In this document: positions 1 through 10,540 of the stretch, one piece after another
How the letters are laid out: each line of letters opens with the position of its first letter
Numbering within the stretch: the stretch's first letter is position 1
NCBI GenBank assembly: GCA_016213435.1
Contig: JACRAL010000028.1
Location: forward strand, 2,196 to 66,195
Direction of reading: 5' to 3'
DNA length: 64,000 bases
From: Bacteroidota bacterium
Lineage (GTDB): Bacteria; Bacteroidota; Bacteroidia; Palsa-948
Notes under the pieces: model-generated
Told to the model about the DNA's origin: nothing
What the model saw: only the letters and a program-made list of their open reading frames with translations
The model's database searches: none
Program-made: the position numbers and the translations under genes

Positions 1-1
1 G

Positions 2-304
2 CTGGGAATTATTGGCGAGGAAGATACCACCGACATCAACACGATTAAGCCGGTTCTGAAACTTGTTTTAAAAGGCGGGCAGGTGGAAGTGCAATGGACA
101 AAAAACATTGCCGATGGAATTAAAATTGAAGTAGACCGCAGCGATAACCAGGGCTGGCGTTTTCTGGCAGTGGATACCGAACCGCATTACACCGATACGC
201 TTGTTCCGGCTGCTGCCGCCAACTGGAAGTACAGGGCAATGTATCTTCAGCACGATTCGCCCGTTGGCTTGATGAGCGATGTGGTGAGCATCAGCGTTGG
301 ATAA
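2..304 (+). CDS. 3' part of a hypothetical protein with an FN3/Ig-like C-terminal domain (truncated at window start)
   Basis: Frame is open from nt 2 (LGIIGEEDTTDINTIKPVLKL...) through the ORF-track 83..304 segment. W/Y-rich beta pattern; followed by a terminator-like hairpin. Confidence 0.6.
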   Translation: MGIIGEEDTTDINTIKPVLKLVLKGGQVEVQWTKNIADGIKIEVDRSDNQGWRFLAVDTEPHYTDTLVPAAAANWKYRAMYLQHDSPVGLMSDVVSISVG

Positions 305-466
305 AGTCGTAAAGTTTGTTTTTCCTATCCCCGCAGCAAGCTGTCGGGGTATTACGGAAAAACATCGGCCCGCTACGCTTGCCGACCACAATACGACTGA
401 ACAACAAATACAAACAGCCACCCCGCAGTAAACTGCGAGGTATTTTATGAATAAAAGCCGGACGGA

Positions 467-505
467 TAATCCCTTTCTGAAAATTCAGGAGGGGATTTTT
501 GTTTT
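467..505 (+). terminator. Probable intrinsic terminator
   Basis: AATCCCTTTCTGA-AAAT-TCAGGAGGGGATT followed by a T-run. Confidence 0.55.
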
Positions 506-554
506 TATAATTTCCCGCCATCTTTTTTTTGTAAATTCGTGTAAATAATATTTT

Positions 555-1649
555 ATGATTACCAGAGAGAAAGTCCTTGAAGCCCTTCGCAATGTGGATG
601 ATCCCGATCTACACAAGGACATCGTTACGCTTGGCATGGTGCAGGATATTGTAATTGAGGGAAAAAATGTTTCCTTTAAAGTTGTGCTTACAACGCCAGC
701 CTGTCCCATGAAAGATATGATCCAGCGCGCCTGCATGAATGCAATTATTCATTTTGTGGATAAAGATGCGAAACCGAATGTGATCATGACTTCCAATACC
801 ACTACACACAGAATAGATGATTATGTGCTTCTTCCCAATGTGAAAAATGTAATTGCGGTTGCTTCAGGAAAAGGCGGAGTGGGGAAATCTACCATCGCTG
901 CTAATCTTGCAGCAGGTCTTGCAAAGCTCGGAGCAAAAGTAGGTTTGATTGATGCGGATATTTATGGTCCATCGCAGACAATAATGTTTGATGTTCAGGA
1001 TCAAAAAATAAGGACAGCAGGTAATGACGAGAACAGTAAAATGATTCCTGCAGAAAGTTATGGCGTGAAAATACTTTCTATCGGATTTTTTGCTGCAAAG
1101 GATCAAGCAATTCCTTGGCGTGGACCCATGGCATCGCGTGCACTCATTCAATTATTTTCTGATGCCGATTGGGGTGAACTGGATTATATGGTCGTGGATC
1201 TTCCTCCCGGTACCGGAGATATTCATCTTTCATTTGTACAGCAGATTCCGGTTACGGGTGCGGTGATTGTAAGCACTCCTCAATTGGTGGCACTTGCCGA
1301 TGCACGCAAAGCGGTGGGCATGTTCCGAATGGATAAAATTAATGTTCCGGTGCTTGGCATAGTAGAGAACATGGCGTACTTCACTCCGGCAGAACTTCCA
1401 AACAATAAATATTTCATCTTTGGAAAAGAAGGAGCAAAAGATCTCGCAGCAGAAATCGGAGTGCCGCTTCTCGGACAAATTCCAATTGTACAAAGCATAC
1501 GCGAATCGGGCGATGCAGGAAGACCTGCAGTATTGCAGGAAAATACTCCTCAGGCAATTGCTTTGATGGAAATGGTAAATAAGGTTGTTCAACAGGTTGC
1601 TATTACGAATGCACAGAAACAGAAAAAACAGAAAGTGATAGAGGTATAG
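555..1649 (+). CDS. mrp: Mrp/ApbC/NBP35 Fe-S cluster carrier ATPase
   Basis: N-terminal DUF59 (DPDLHKDIVTLGMV, TTPACP), Walker A SGKGGVGKST, DADIYGPS, DLPPGTGD, ENMAYF. Confidence 0.95.
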   Translation: MITREKVLEALRNVDDPDLHKDIVTLGMVQDIVIEGKNVSFKVVLTTPACPMKDMIQRACMNAIIHFVDKDAKPNVIMTSNTTTHRIDDYVLLPNVKNVIAVASGKGGVGKSTIAANLAAGLAKLGAKVGLIDADIYGPSQTIMFDVQDQKIRTAGNDENSKMIPAESYGVKILSIGFFAAKDQAIPWRGPMASRALIQLFSDADWGELDYMVVDLPPGTGDIHLSFVQQIPVTGAVIVSTPQLVALADARKAVGMFRMDKINVPVLGIVENMAYFTPAELPNNKYFIFGKEGAKDLAAEIGVPLLGQIPIVQSIRESGDAGRPAVLQENTPQAIALMEMVNKVVQQVAITNAQKQKKQKVIEV

Positions 1650-1716
1650 GGTATATGTGGAGAAAATTTTCCCTTATACCTTATTTCCTTATACCTTTAT
1701 ACCATTCTTTTAAACA

Positions 1717-1959
1717 ATGACAAACTCAGTAACCATATCTAAAATCGAAGCCGCCCTTGAACAGGTTCGTCCTTTTCTGAAAGCAGATGGAGGAGATGTG
1801 TCTTTTGTGGATATTACGGATGACAACATCGTGAGGATACAATTGCATGGAGCTTGTAGAGGGTGTTCCATCAGCCACATCACCATGAAAGCCGGAATTG
1901 AAGAGGCTATTCGGAATGCTGTTCCTGAAATTAAAACTGTTGAAGCAGTAACTTTATAA
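1717..1959 (+). CDS. NifU/NfuA C-terminal domain protein
   Basis: VRPFLKADGGDV and GACRGC motifs. Confidence 0.92.
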   Translation: MTNSVTISKIEAALEQVRPFLKADGGDVSFVDITDDNIVRIQLHGACRGCSISHITMKAGIEEAIRNAVPEIKTVEAVTL

Positions 1960-2000
1960 TAATTTATAATTTCAATCTCAAACTTTCAATAATTGTAACT

Positions 2001-2441
2001 ATGAAAAAAAGTTTTATTCTTATTCTTTCAATTATTTTTATGTATTCCTGCAAAAGCGGCAGCGATGCAAATAAGAAAGAAACAGCGGACTCCGTTTCGG
2101 TGAAAAAATCGGATATGCCGATGAATATGGAAGAAAAGGAAATGAAAGAAATGGCTGAAAAGCAGAAGAATGAAAAGCCCAAAGAAAGTCCCTATAAGAA
2201 TTCTAAGATCGATGTAACCACATCTAAAAATAAAGATGGAAGCTGGGGATACAGCATTGCTATTGACGGTCGTACCTATATTGTTCAGCCGAATATACCT
2301 CCTCTTCCCGGAACCAGAGGGTTCAATACAACCGATGAAGCAAAAAAAACAGGAGAATTTGTTGCTTACAAAATCAGAAACAACATCATGCCTCCGAGTT
2401 TGACGGTGGAGGAGTTGGATAGTTTGGGAACATTGAAATAA
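2001..2441 (+). CDS. Lipoprotein, DUF4907-like
   Basis: Lipobox MYSC; WGYSIAIDG...IVQPNIPPLPG..GF...A..TG..V..KI....PPSLT.EELDSL. Confidence 0.75.
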   Translation: MKKSFILILSIIFMYSCKSGSDANKKETADSVSVKKSDMPMNMEEKEMKEMAEKQKNEKPKESPYKNSKIDVTTSKNKDGSWGYSIAIDGRTYIVQPNIPPLPGTRGFNTTDEAKKTGEFVAYKIRNNIMPPSLTVEELDSLGTLK

Positions 2442-2457
2442 GAGCCCCAGCCCTACC

Positions 2458-3255
2458 CTACAGGGAGGGAGATGACATGATTAAATTTGTCAATTCCACA
2501 AAATTATTTACGTTAAGTTGTTCAGCACGTTTGGTAAGGAGTTCAGAATTTAATCCTTGAACTTTAAACATTGAACCCAATGAATTTCTGAGTGTTTTTC
2601 TTCTTTGATTAAATCCTGCTTTCACCACTTTGAAAAATAATTGCTCATCGCAGTCTAATCTCTTGACTTCGTTTCTGTTTAACCTAATAACTGCAGATTT
2701 AACATGGGGCGGTGGATTAAATACTTGAGGATTTACGGTAAACAAATATTCTATTTTATAATATGCCTGCATTAATACACTGAGGATCCCGTACGTTTTA
2801 TTGCCTGGAGGTGAAGCAATGCGTTCTGCAACTTCTTTCTGAAACATCCCGATTACTTCAGGAATTTGATTTCTGTATTCAAGAACTTTAAAAAGGATTT
2901 GAGTGGAAATGTTATAAGGGAAATTTCCGATGATGGCAAATGGCAAATGACAGATGGCAGATGGCAGTAAAGCCAGTGTAAAATCCAGAAAATCTTTTTC
3001 GATAATTCTTCCTTCTAATTCAGGAAAACTCTTTTTCAGAAAGGCAATGGATTCTCGGTCGATCTCTACAACATGCGTTTCAAAATACTCTTTTTTCAAG
3101 AGGTATTTTGTAAGTACGCCTGTACCCGGACCTACTTCAATTACAGTTTTATATTTTTCTTTTTCAGAAAGTGATCTTACAATCTTTTTTGCAATATTCT
3201 CATCTTTGAGAAAATGTTGGCCGAGGTGTTTTTTAGGAGTAACGGAATGTGACAT
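2458..3255 (-). CDS. rsmA: 16S rRNA m6,6A dimethyltransferase RsmA/KsgA
   Basis: KKHLGQHFL, EVGPGTG, GNFPYNIS, FNQRRKTLRN. Confidence 0.96.
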   Translation of the reverse strand: MSHSVTPKKHLGQHFLKDENIAKKIVRSLSEKEKYKTVIEVGPGTGVLTKYLLKKEYFETHVVEIDRESIAFLKKSFPELEGRIIEKDFLDFTLALLPSAICHLPFAIIGNFPYNISTQILFKVLEYRNQIPEVIGMFQKEVAERIASPPGNKTYGILSVLMQAYYKIEYLFTVNPQVFNPPPHVKSAVIRLNRNEVKRLDCDEQLFFKVVKAGFNQRRKTLRNSLGSMFKVQGLNSELLTKRAEQLNVNNFVELTNLIMSSPSL

Positions 3256-3551
3256 CAGATAATTTCAAGTACGGTTCGGAAAGCTGCAAATTTATCTTTG
3301 AACTTTTCTTTGTGCTCTTGTTGAAGTTTAGGCGCAAATTCCTTTTGATATGTGTTTAAGTCATCCATCTTTCTGAATGTATATTGTATAGCATAGGTGG
3401 TTTCCAATTCTTCCGTAATAAGTTTACATATTCTGTTATCTACAAAAAATCCGGTTTGCATTACATCCGGAATATGAACTTCCTTCATCCATTTCATCCA
3501 TTCCGCGTGAATAGATTCTTCAATGGTAACAGTTATAGTATAGATATACAT
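3255..3551 (-). CDS. DUF4286 family protein
   Basis: W.KWMKEVHIPDVM.TG.F, YAIQY, F.AFRTVLE; usual neighbour of rsmA in Bacteroidota. Confidence 0.85.
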   Translation of the reverse strand: MYIYTITVTIEESIHAEWMKWMKEVHIPDVMQTGFFVDNRICKLITEELETTYAIQYTFRKMDDLNTYQKEFAPKLQQEHKEKFKDKFAAFRTVLEII

Positions 3552-3697
3552 AGAAGCCCCTCTTTATCTCCCCGAAGGGGAGAAACTAAAAAGCCAAAAT
3601 ACAAAATAAAAAAGCGTTGCCTTGCATTTGGATATTATTTTCATTTTAGATATTGAATTTTCTCCTTCCCTTCGGGAAGGGTGGGATGGGCTTTATT

Positions 3698-4177
3698 TCA
3701 GTATCCCATCAGCAGACAGATTGCATAGGCACAAATACCTTCTTCTCTTCCAACAAAGCCCAGATGTTCCGTGGTAGTGGCTTTGATAGAAATATTTTTA
3801 AGTGGAATATGTAAGGTCTCAGCCAGAATATGTTTCATTTCCGGAATGTAGGGAGCGATTTTGGGAGATTCAAGTGTTACGGTACAATCCACATTGCCAA
3901 TTTCATACCCTTGTTTCTTAAGCATTTCTGCAACTTTCTTTAAGAGTTTTTTACTGTCTATCCCTTTAAATTCCTCCGATGTATTTGGGAAATGTGTGCC
4001 AATGTCACCAAGATTTGCTGCGCCAAGAAATGCATCGCACATAGCGTGAATTAATGTATCAGCATCAGAATGACCTTCGGCCCCTTTTGTATGAGGAATT
4101 TTTATTCCACCAAGCCAAAAATCCTGTCCTTCTTTCAGTGGGTGAACATCATAACCGAACCCAACACGTATCTTCAT
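3698..4177 (-). CDS. ispF: 2-C-methyl-D-erythritol 2,4-cyclodiphosphate synthase
   Basis: GFGYDVH, GHSDAD, GDIGTHFP, KATTTEHLGFVGREEG. Confidence 0.97.
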   Translation of the reverse strand: MKIRVGFGYDVHPLKEGQDFWLGGIKIPHTKGAEGHSDADTLIHAMCDAFLGAANLGDIGTHFPNTSEEFKGIDSKKLLKKVAEMLKKQGYEIGNVDCTVTLESPKIAPYIPEMKHILAETLHIPLKNISIKATTTEHLGFVGREEGICAYAICLLMGY

Positions 4178-4192
4178 ACAGAAAATAAAAAG

Positions 4193-5443
4193 TTATTTTT
4201 TTTCATCTATACTGCTGGATCCACTATCTGTGAATGCGTCAAAGTCAAAAAGGAGAGTGAAACGAAGAGTATTTTGCAAAGGATTTCGCACATGTGTTGG
4301 AACAAGATAGGCAAAGTCCAGCGTAAAAACAGTATACCTCACGCCAAGGCCGAAAGTGAGGTACTTCCTCCCTCCTTTTGTATTTGCTTCGTTGAAATAA
4401 CCTGCACGCAGACAAAATTGTTTGGCGTACCAGTATTCCATTCCTCCTCCAATATTTATTTCGCGCATTTCTTCTGAAAATTTTCCAGGTGCATCAGAAA
4501 ATGAGCCGAGCATCCCGCTAACTACCCCCCGATGTGGGTCTTTTCCTTTATCAATGAGTTGGTTCCCTTGAGAATCTTTTATTGGATGTCCTGCAGAATC
4601 AGTAAGATATTTTGGAAGTGTTGGAACAAGAAGTTTATTAAAGTCCAGAGTAAGGTTTAGTTCATTGTATTCATCCAATTGCATATTGAGAGAGGTGCCC
4701 AATCTTAAATTGATAGGAATAAAATCTCTTTCACCGGTGGTGCTGTAAGAAATTTTTGATCCCATATTTGAAATGTTCATCCCTACGCGAACAATGGATT
4801 TTTTTCCGCTGATTTCTGTTTCACTACTTTGATAAAACCCGGAAATATCTGCTCCTACTGCTTGCCCGGAATGAGTAGGAGAACCTTCAACGGTAATATT
4901 GCTTGTGAGGTTTGAATGGATATAACGGATAGCACCTCCGCCTGAAAAATGATCTCCGAGTTTTTTCGCGTAACCAAGATCAAAAGCAAATTCGTTGGGA
5001 CGGAATTGACCAATCGTATTTCCAATAACATCAGTGAAAGTAATATCTCCAAGAGAAAAGTACCGGAGTGATGCTGCTATGGTTCCTGATTTTTTTAATT
5101 TGTAATAACCGGATAAATAGGCAAGATTGATATCGGGTACCAATGCACGTAACCATGGAGTATAGGACATGGATACACCTGTTTGTTTTTGAACAAATGC
5201 ATATTTAGAAGGATTCCAATGCATGGAATTCGCATCGGGAGAAGTGGCAACACCTGCATCACCCATGGCACCTGCACGCGAATCCGGAGAGATAAGCAGG
5301 AATGGCACCGAAGTGGTAATTGTATTTAGCTCATTATTTACATCTTGTCCGATTATAGTGGACTTGTTTTGTGCAAATGTAAAATCATAAAAGGAAACCT
5401 CTGAAAAAATCAGGATGGCAATTACTATTTTTTTAGCAGTCAT
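4193..5443 (-). CDS. porV: Type IX secretion system outer membrane protein PorV
   Basis: ITTSVPFLLISPDSRAGAMGD, SYTPWL, NPLQNTLRFTL; upstream of ispF. Confidence 0.93.
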   Translation of the reverse strand: MTAKKIVIAILIFSEVSFYDFTFAQNKSTIIGQDVNNELNTITTSVPFLLISPDSRAGAMGDAGVATSPDANSMHWNPSKYAFVQKQTGVSMSYTPWLRALVPDINLAYLSGYYKLKKSGTIAASLRYFSLGDITFTDVIGNTIGQFRPNEFAFDLGYAKKLGDHFSGGGAIRYIHSNLTSNITVEGSPTHSGQAVGADISGFYQSSETEISGKKSIVRVGMNISNMGSKISYSTTGERDFIPINLRLGTSLNMQLDEYNELNLTLDFNKLLVPTLPKYLTDSAGHPIKDSQGNQLIDKGKDPHRGVVSGMLGSFSDAPGKFSEEMREINIGGGMEYWYAKQFCLRAGYFNEANTKGGRKYLTFGLGVRYTVFTLDFAYLVPTHVRNPLQNTLRFTLLFDFDAFTDSGSSSIDEKK

Positions 5444-5641
5444 GTTATATGCTATTTTTAAATTATAGCGAGAAGAACGTCAAAGATATATTATTATTGT
5501 TTCAAGTGGATGTGTTTTTTCTTAGAGTTTCTTGTAACACTTTTTTTCAGTTTTATTGACTAAAAGGTTTGAATTTTAGCGTATTTAGCATGAACCACCA
5601 AATAGAAACATGAGCAATTACTAAAAAGGAGATAAAAAAAA

Positions 5642-7117
5642 TCAAATCAGCCGAATAATAAAATCAGGAAAAATGCCCAATAGAAGAGCAAGCAGGATGG
5701 TGAGGATGAGAACAATTCTCAAGTCCCATCCAACCTCTGCGAAAGAGAGGAGTTCTCCCTTTTCTTCGACAGCTGTGGGTTGCGCCTGTAGGTCAGTTAG
5801 GGAGGGACTATACATTTTAATTATAATCCTGAAATAATAATACACCCCGATGAGTGAGCCAAGCACAGCAATCAGTACGAGCCAAACGTAACCACTTTGC
5901 AGCGCAGAGGTAAAAATGTAATATTTTCCAAAGAATCCGGCAAGCGGAGGAATTCCTGCGAGAGACAGCATGGAGATGGTCATGGCAAAGGATAGAAATT
6001 TATTTTGTTTTGCCAATCCGCTGAGTGTTTCAAAAGTAACAGTTGCTGGCTGTTGGTTGCGGGTAGCTTGATGATTCTCGATAATTGATAAAACGGTGAA
6101 TGCTCCAATCGTTGCAACTGAATAAGCAGCGGCATAGAACAGCACCGAACCCAAAGAATGATCGTTCATTGCAAGGATGGCAAGGAGCATGTATCCTGCA
6201 TGAGAAATACTGGAGTAAGCTAGCATTCGCTTAACACTTGTTTGATAAACGGCAGTGATGTTGCCAAGAAGGATTGTGAGAGCGGCAAGAACCCAGATAG
6301 TGTTCATCCACACGCTACCCATTCCTGAAAAACAAGTGAAGAATAGGCGGAGGAAAGCAGCGAAAGCAGCCGTCTTTACGATAGTTGCCATGAAAGCAGT
6401 TACAGGAGTAGGAGCACCAGTATAAACGTCAGGTGCCCAGAAATGAAATGGTACAGCTGAAATTTTGAAGCATAAACCAATCAGCATCATCAGTATACCT
6501 GCATACAATAATGGTTCTGCACCGGAAACTTTCCAGGTAGGAACCGTTGCTGAAGATGAAATAAAATAGCTGAGAGTTTTCAGGTCAAAAGTTCCGGTTG
6601 CACCATAGATGAGCGCAATTCCGAAGAGCAAAAATCCTGTAGCAAATGCACCCATCAGGAAATATTTCAACGAGGCTTCATTGGAAGAGAGAGAATCTTT
6701 TCTGCTTCCAGCAAGCACATACATCGGGATCGAAAGGATCTCAATGCCAAGGAAAAGCATCACCATGTTGGAATAAGATACCATGATCATTCCTCCGCAA
6801 AGGGCGAAGAGAACCAAAGCGTAATGATCGGTCTTGCTGGACCCGATAGCTATCGGGTCGCTGTCGAGAAAATTCTGCGACATCATAAACCAGAGAAAAG
6901 CAGTTGCGCAAAGCACAATAGTGAACAGAATGGCGAAATTATCGAACGTCATCATGTAATTGTAATAATGAATGTTCGTGTTCCAGTCTTTTACAGAAGA
7001 AGCAATCGCACCAAGCAATCCGATAAGTACGATTGGCAGCAAGAATTTTTTAAAGCGAAACATTTCCGCCAGCATTGCGATCACACCAAGAGCAGTGAGT
7101 ATGTACAGTGTCTTCAT
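5642..7117 (-). CDS. nuoN: NADH-quinone oxidoreductase subunit N
   Basis: SNEASLKYF, FKISAVPFHFWAPDVYTGAP, KRMLAYSSISHAGY, SLAGIPPLAGF. Confidence 0.96.
   Translation of the reverse strand: MKTLYILTALGVIAMLAEMFRFKKFLLPIVLIGLLGAIASSVKDWNTNIHYYNYMMTFDNFAILFTIVLCATAFLWFMMSQNFLDSDPIAIGSSKTDHYALVLFALCGGMIMVSYSNMVMLFLGIEILSIPMYVLAGSRKDSLSSNEASLKYFLMGAFATGFLLFGIALIYGATGTFDLKTLSYFISSSATVPTWKVSGAEPLLYAGILMMLIGLCFKISAVPFHFWAPDVYTGAPTPVTAFMATIVKTAAFAAFLRLFFTCFSGMGSVWMNTIWVLAALTILLGNITAVYQTSVKRMLAYSSISHAGYMLLAILAMNDHSLGSVLFYAAAYSVATIGAFTVLSIIENHQATRNQQPATVTFETLSGLAKQNKFLSFAMTISMLSLAGIPPLAGFFGKYYIFTSALQSGYVWLVLIAVLGSLIGVYYYFRIIIKMYSPSLTDLQAQPTAVEEKGELLSFAEVGWDLRIVLILTILLALLLGIFPDFIIRLI
6840..6859. repeat. 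Perfect 20-bp palindrome inside nuoN (encodes DPIAIG)
   Basis: GACCCGATAGCTATCGGGTC is its own reverse complement. Confidence 0.85.
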
Positions 7118-8580
7118 AATATTACAGCCGGATGAATCAGTTCAACAATATGTTTTATTGCCGGTTCCGCAATGTCTAAAATTGGTTTCGGATAAACTCC
7201 CATTACTATTATCAATAACACGATTGGAACGAACACCGCTTTTTCATTAAAGTTTAAATCTGTAAAAGTTGAAGTAAGCGTATTTGTTTCTCCCAGCATA
7301 ATTTTCTGATAACTGCGAAGCATATACACTGCGCCAAGGATCACCGTAAGTCCGGCAAATCCTGCCATGTATGCATTGTATTGGTAAACTCCGTTTATGA
7401 GTAAGAATTCCCCGATGAAACCATTTGTGAGTGGAAGTGCAATGCTTCCAAGAAGAACAATCATGAACATGGTAGCAAAATATGGAATCACGTTTCGTAT
7501 TCCTCCGAATTTTGAAAGTTCTTGTGTTTGGGTGCGATTGAAAAGAATATCCACTACGAAGAATAATCCCACCACGTTAATTCCGTGTGCGAGCATCTGA
7601 ATCATTCCGCCTTGCAGTCCTTGTACTGTTAGAGAAAATATTCCTGCTGAAATTAATCCCACGTGAGCGATGGATGAATAAGCAATCAATCGTTTGAAAT
7701 CTTTTTGCATGATGGCAATGATCGATGCATAAAGAATACTTATGATAGAAAGAATCATTGCGGCATGTCCCCATTGCTGAACTCCGAGTGGAGCCATTGG
7801 CAATAGCCAGCGAATGAGCCCATAAGTTCCCATCTTCAGCATGATTCCAGAAAGAAGCATGGTGCCTTGTGTTGGTGCATTAGTATATGTATCCGGCTGC
7901 CATGTGTGAAATGGAAACACAGGCATCTTGATTGCAAATGCGATGAAAAGCGTCCAGAATATCCAGGTTTGTTCTGGAGAAGAAAGAGAAGATCCTGCAG
8001 AATATAATGCTTGAATATCGAAGGAGTGAGTTCCAGAAGTGTGAAGATAAAGATAGATAAGCCCAACCAGCATCAGCAAACTTCCAAAGAGTGTGTAAAC
8101 AAAAAACTTAAACGTGATGCGCGCGCGGTTTTCCCCGCCCCACAATAAACAAATGAACCAGATCGGAATCAGTGCGAGTTCCCAGAAGATGTAAAATAAA
8201 AATCCATCCATTGCTGTGAACACGCCCACCAACGCCATTTGCATAAAAAGAATGAGCGAATAAAAATACTTTGGATTCTTAATATCTCTGCTGAAGGAAG
8301 AAAGAATGATAAGGGGGACTAAAACAGTTGTAAGAAGCACAAGCAGGATACTGATACCATCCATCGCTACTTTGAAATGGATGCCGAGAGTTTGTATCCA
8401 AGCGAGGTTGACCATCATCTGAGGTTCTGCGTTGATTTTAAATTCAGATAAAGCGTAAATGGAAAGTATAAGCTCAATTAAGGAAAAAGCCAAAGCAAAT
8501 TTCTTCGCTTGTTCTGATTTTAAAAATAAAATCAACAAAGCAGCAACTAAAGGAAATCCTATGAGTATTGCAGTATTCAT
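7114..8580 (-). CDS. nuoM: NADH-quinone oxidoreductase subunit M
   Basis: FYIFWELALIP, AIKMPVFPFHTWQP, KMGTYG, LIAYSSIAH; ATG start taken at 8580. Confidence 0.95.
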   Translation of the reverse strand: MNTAILIGFPLVAALLILFLKSEQAKKFALAFSLIELILSIYALSEFKINAEPQMMVNLAWIQTLGIHFKVAMDGISILLVLLTTVLVPLIILSSFSRDIKNPKYFYSLILFMQMALVGVFTAMDGFLFYIFWELALIPIWFICLLWGGENRARITFKFFVYTLFGSLLMLVGLIYLYLHTSGTHSFDIQALYSAGSSLSSPEQTWIFWTLFIAFAIKMPVFPFHTWQPDTYTNAPTQGTMLLSGIMLKMGTYGLIRWLLPMAPLGVQQWGHAAMILSIISILYASIIAIMQKDFKRLIAYSSIAHVGLISAGIFSLTVQGLQGGMIQMLAHGINVVGLFFVVDILFNRTQTQELSKFGGIRNVIPYFATMFMIVLLGSIALPLTNGFIGEFLLINGVYQYNAYMAGFAGLTVILGAVYMLRSYQKIMLGETNTLTSTFTDLNFNEKAVFVPIVLLIIVMGVYPKPILDIAEPAIKHIVELIHPAVIL

Positions 8581-8617
8581 ATTTTTTTTAGTTCGTCTTG
8601 CGAACAACGTAAAGCAA

Positions 8618-10528
8618 TTATATCAGTTTAAAAAACAAAATCAAAATTATACTAACAACCATCGCAAAAATGTAAAACCCAATATGTCCTGTTTGTAATA
8701 ATCGCGCCTGTCCGCTCATCCATGTTACGCTTTCACCTGCAAAGTTTACAACACGGTCAATTGCCTTCAGTTCAATGATCTTGTGTAGTTTTTCAGATAA
8801 CCAGTTCAAAGGTTTAGTGAAAACTGCTTCGTAAATTTCATCGGCATAATATTTATGGTAGATCGTTTTTTGAACTGGGTTTACTGCAACTCCTTCTGCA
8901 ACAGGAAGATTTTCTTTCTTCACATAAAAGAACCATGCTGCACCGATTGAAGTTCCCGCTGCAAGAACGGCAACCACCATTAATATGATTTCTTTGGAGT
9001 GCGACATTTCTTTTGGAAGCATTTTGTAATCGGAAGCAGAAAATACAGGCGATAAAAATTCGTGCAACCAATGTGTGCCACCAAATACTTCAGGAATTCC
9101 GATGCATCCACCAATTGCAGAAAGTAGACCAAGAATAATAAGAGGAATGGTCATCGTGCTTGGGGATTCATGCAGGTGGTGTTCTTGTTTTTCTGTTCCT
9201 CTAAATTTTCCGAAGAAAGTGAGGAAAAGTAAACGGAACATATAAAATGCAGTGATCACAGAACCAAGCACTCCCATCAGCCAGAAGAAATTATTATATG
9301 TATATGCATGTCCTAGTATCTCATCTTTAGAGAAAAATCCTGAGCATGGAGGAATTCCGGATATTGCAATGGTTGCAATGAAGAAAGTTAGATAAGTTTT
9401 AGGTAAATATTTTTTCAGCCCGCCCATCTTGCGAATGTCTTGCTCTCCGCTCATTGCGTGAATTACGCTTCCTGCTCCTAGGAATAATAATGCTTTGAAA
9501 AATGCGTGAGTCGTTACATGAAATACAGCTCCTGTGTAGGCGCCAACACCCAATCCCAAAAACATATATCCGAGCTGACTCACGGTAGAGTAGGCGAGGA
9601 CTTTTTTAATGTCGTTCTGAAATAATCCGATCGTAGCAGCGAAGATGGCGGTGAACAAACCAACACCGGCTACAATATCCATAGAGATTGGAGCGAGTGT
9701 GTAAAGAATATTTGAACGCGCGATCATGTAAATACCTGCTGTTACCATTGTTGCCGCGTGGATAAGTGCGGAAACAGGAGTTGGACCGGCCATTGCATCC
9801 GGCAGCCACGTATATAAAGGAATCTGTGCGCTCTTTCCTGTGGCACCTACGAAAAGTAAAAGTGTGATGGCAATTATTACGGGCTGACTGGCTGGAAATG
9901 AATTTGCAACGTCAAATACTTCTTTGTATCGAACGCTTCCAAAAGTTATGTAAATAAGAATGATGCCAAGTAAGAATCCAAGATCACCAATGCGATTCAT
10001 GATGAATGCTTTGTTCGCAGCTTTGTTGTAATCGTTGTTCTTGAACCAGAAACCGATGAGCAGGTAAGAACAGAGACCAACGCCTTCCCACCCTACAAAC
10101 ATGGTGAGGTAGCTGTCGCCCAGCACAAGCAGCAACATGAAGAAAATAAATAAGTTCAGGTAAGCGAAGAATCGGTCGAACGCTGGATCATCATGCATGT
10201 ATCCGACAGAATACACATGAATTAAAAAACCAATGCCAGTTATGATAAGAAGAAACCAGCATGAAAGCGGATCAATTAAAAAATCAAATGGAGCATTAAA
10301 ATTTCCGGCAGAGATCCAGTCGAAAAGATGAATGGTGATTGCAACTCCTGACTTTTCACCGCCACCAATTAATCCTGAAAATGCATAAACAGAAAGTACA
10401 AGCGAAGCAAATACGGTACCGCAGCCAATAATGCCAACTAATCCTTTTGAAATTTTCTTGCCAAACAAACCTATGACAAGGAATCCCAAAAGAGGGAAAA
10501 CAGGAATTAGTGTAAAAATCGAGTTCAT
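8618..10528 (-). CDS. nuoL: NADH-quinone oxidoreductase subunit L
   Basis: GKSAQIPLYTWLPDAMAGPTPVSALIHAATMV, DIKKVLAYSTVSQLG. Confidence 0.97.
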   Translation of the reverse strand: MNSIFTLIPVFPLLGFLVIGLFGKKISKGLVGIIGCGTVFASLVLSVYAFSGLIGGGEKSGVAITIHLFDWISAGNFNAPFDFLIDPLSCWFLLIITGIGFLIHVYSVGYMHDDPAFDRFFAYLNLFIFFMLLLVLGDSYLTMFVGWEGVGLCSYLLIGFWFKNNDYNKAANKAFIMNRIGDLGFLLGIILIYITFGSVRYKEVFDVANSFPASQPVIIAITLLLFVGATGKSAQIPLYTWLPDAMAGPTPVSALIHAATMVTAGIYMIARSNILYTLAPISMDIVAGVGLFTAIFAATIGLFQNDIKKVLAYSTVSQLGYMFLGLGVGAYTGAVFHVTTHAFFKALLFLGAGSVIHAMSGEQDIRKMGGLKKYLPKTYLTFFIATIAISGIPPCSGFFSKDEILGHAYTYNNFFWLMGVLGSVITAFYMFRLLFLTFFGKFRGTEKQEHHLHESPSTMTIPLIILGLLSAIGGCIGIPEVFGGTHWLHEFLSPVFSASDYKMLPKEMSHSKEIILMVVAVLAAGTSIGAAWFFYVKKENLPVAEGVAVNPVQKTIYHKYYADEIYEAVFTKPLNWLSEKLHKIIELKAIDRVVNFAGESVTWMSGQARLLQTGHIGFYIFAMVVSIILILFFKLI

Positions 10529-10540
10529 ATATTTTTTGTT

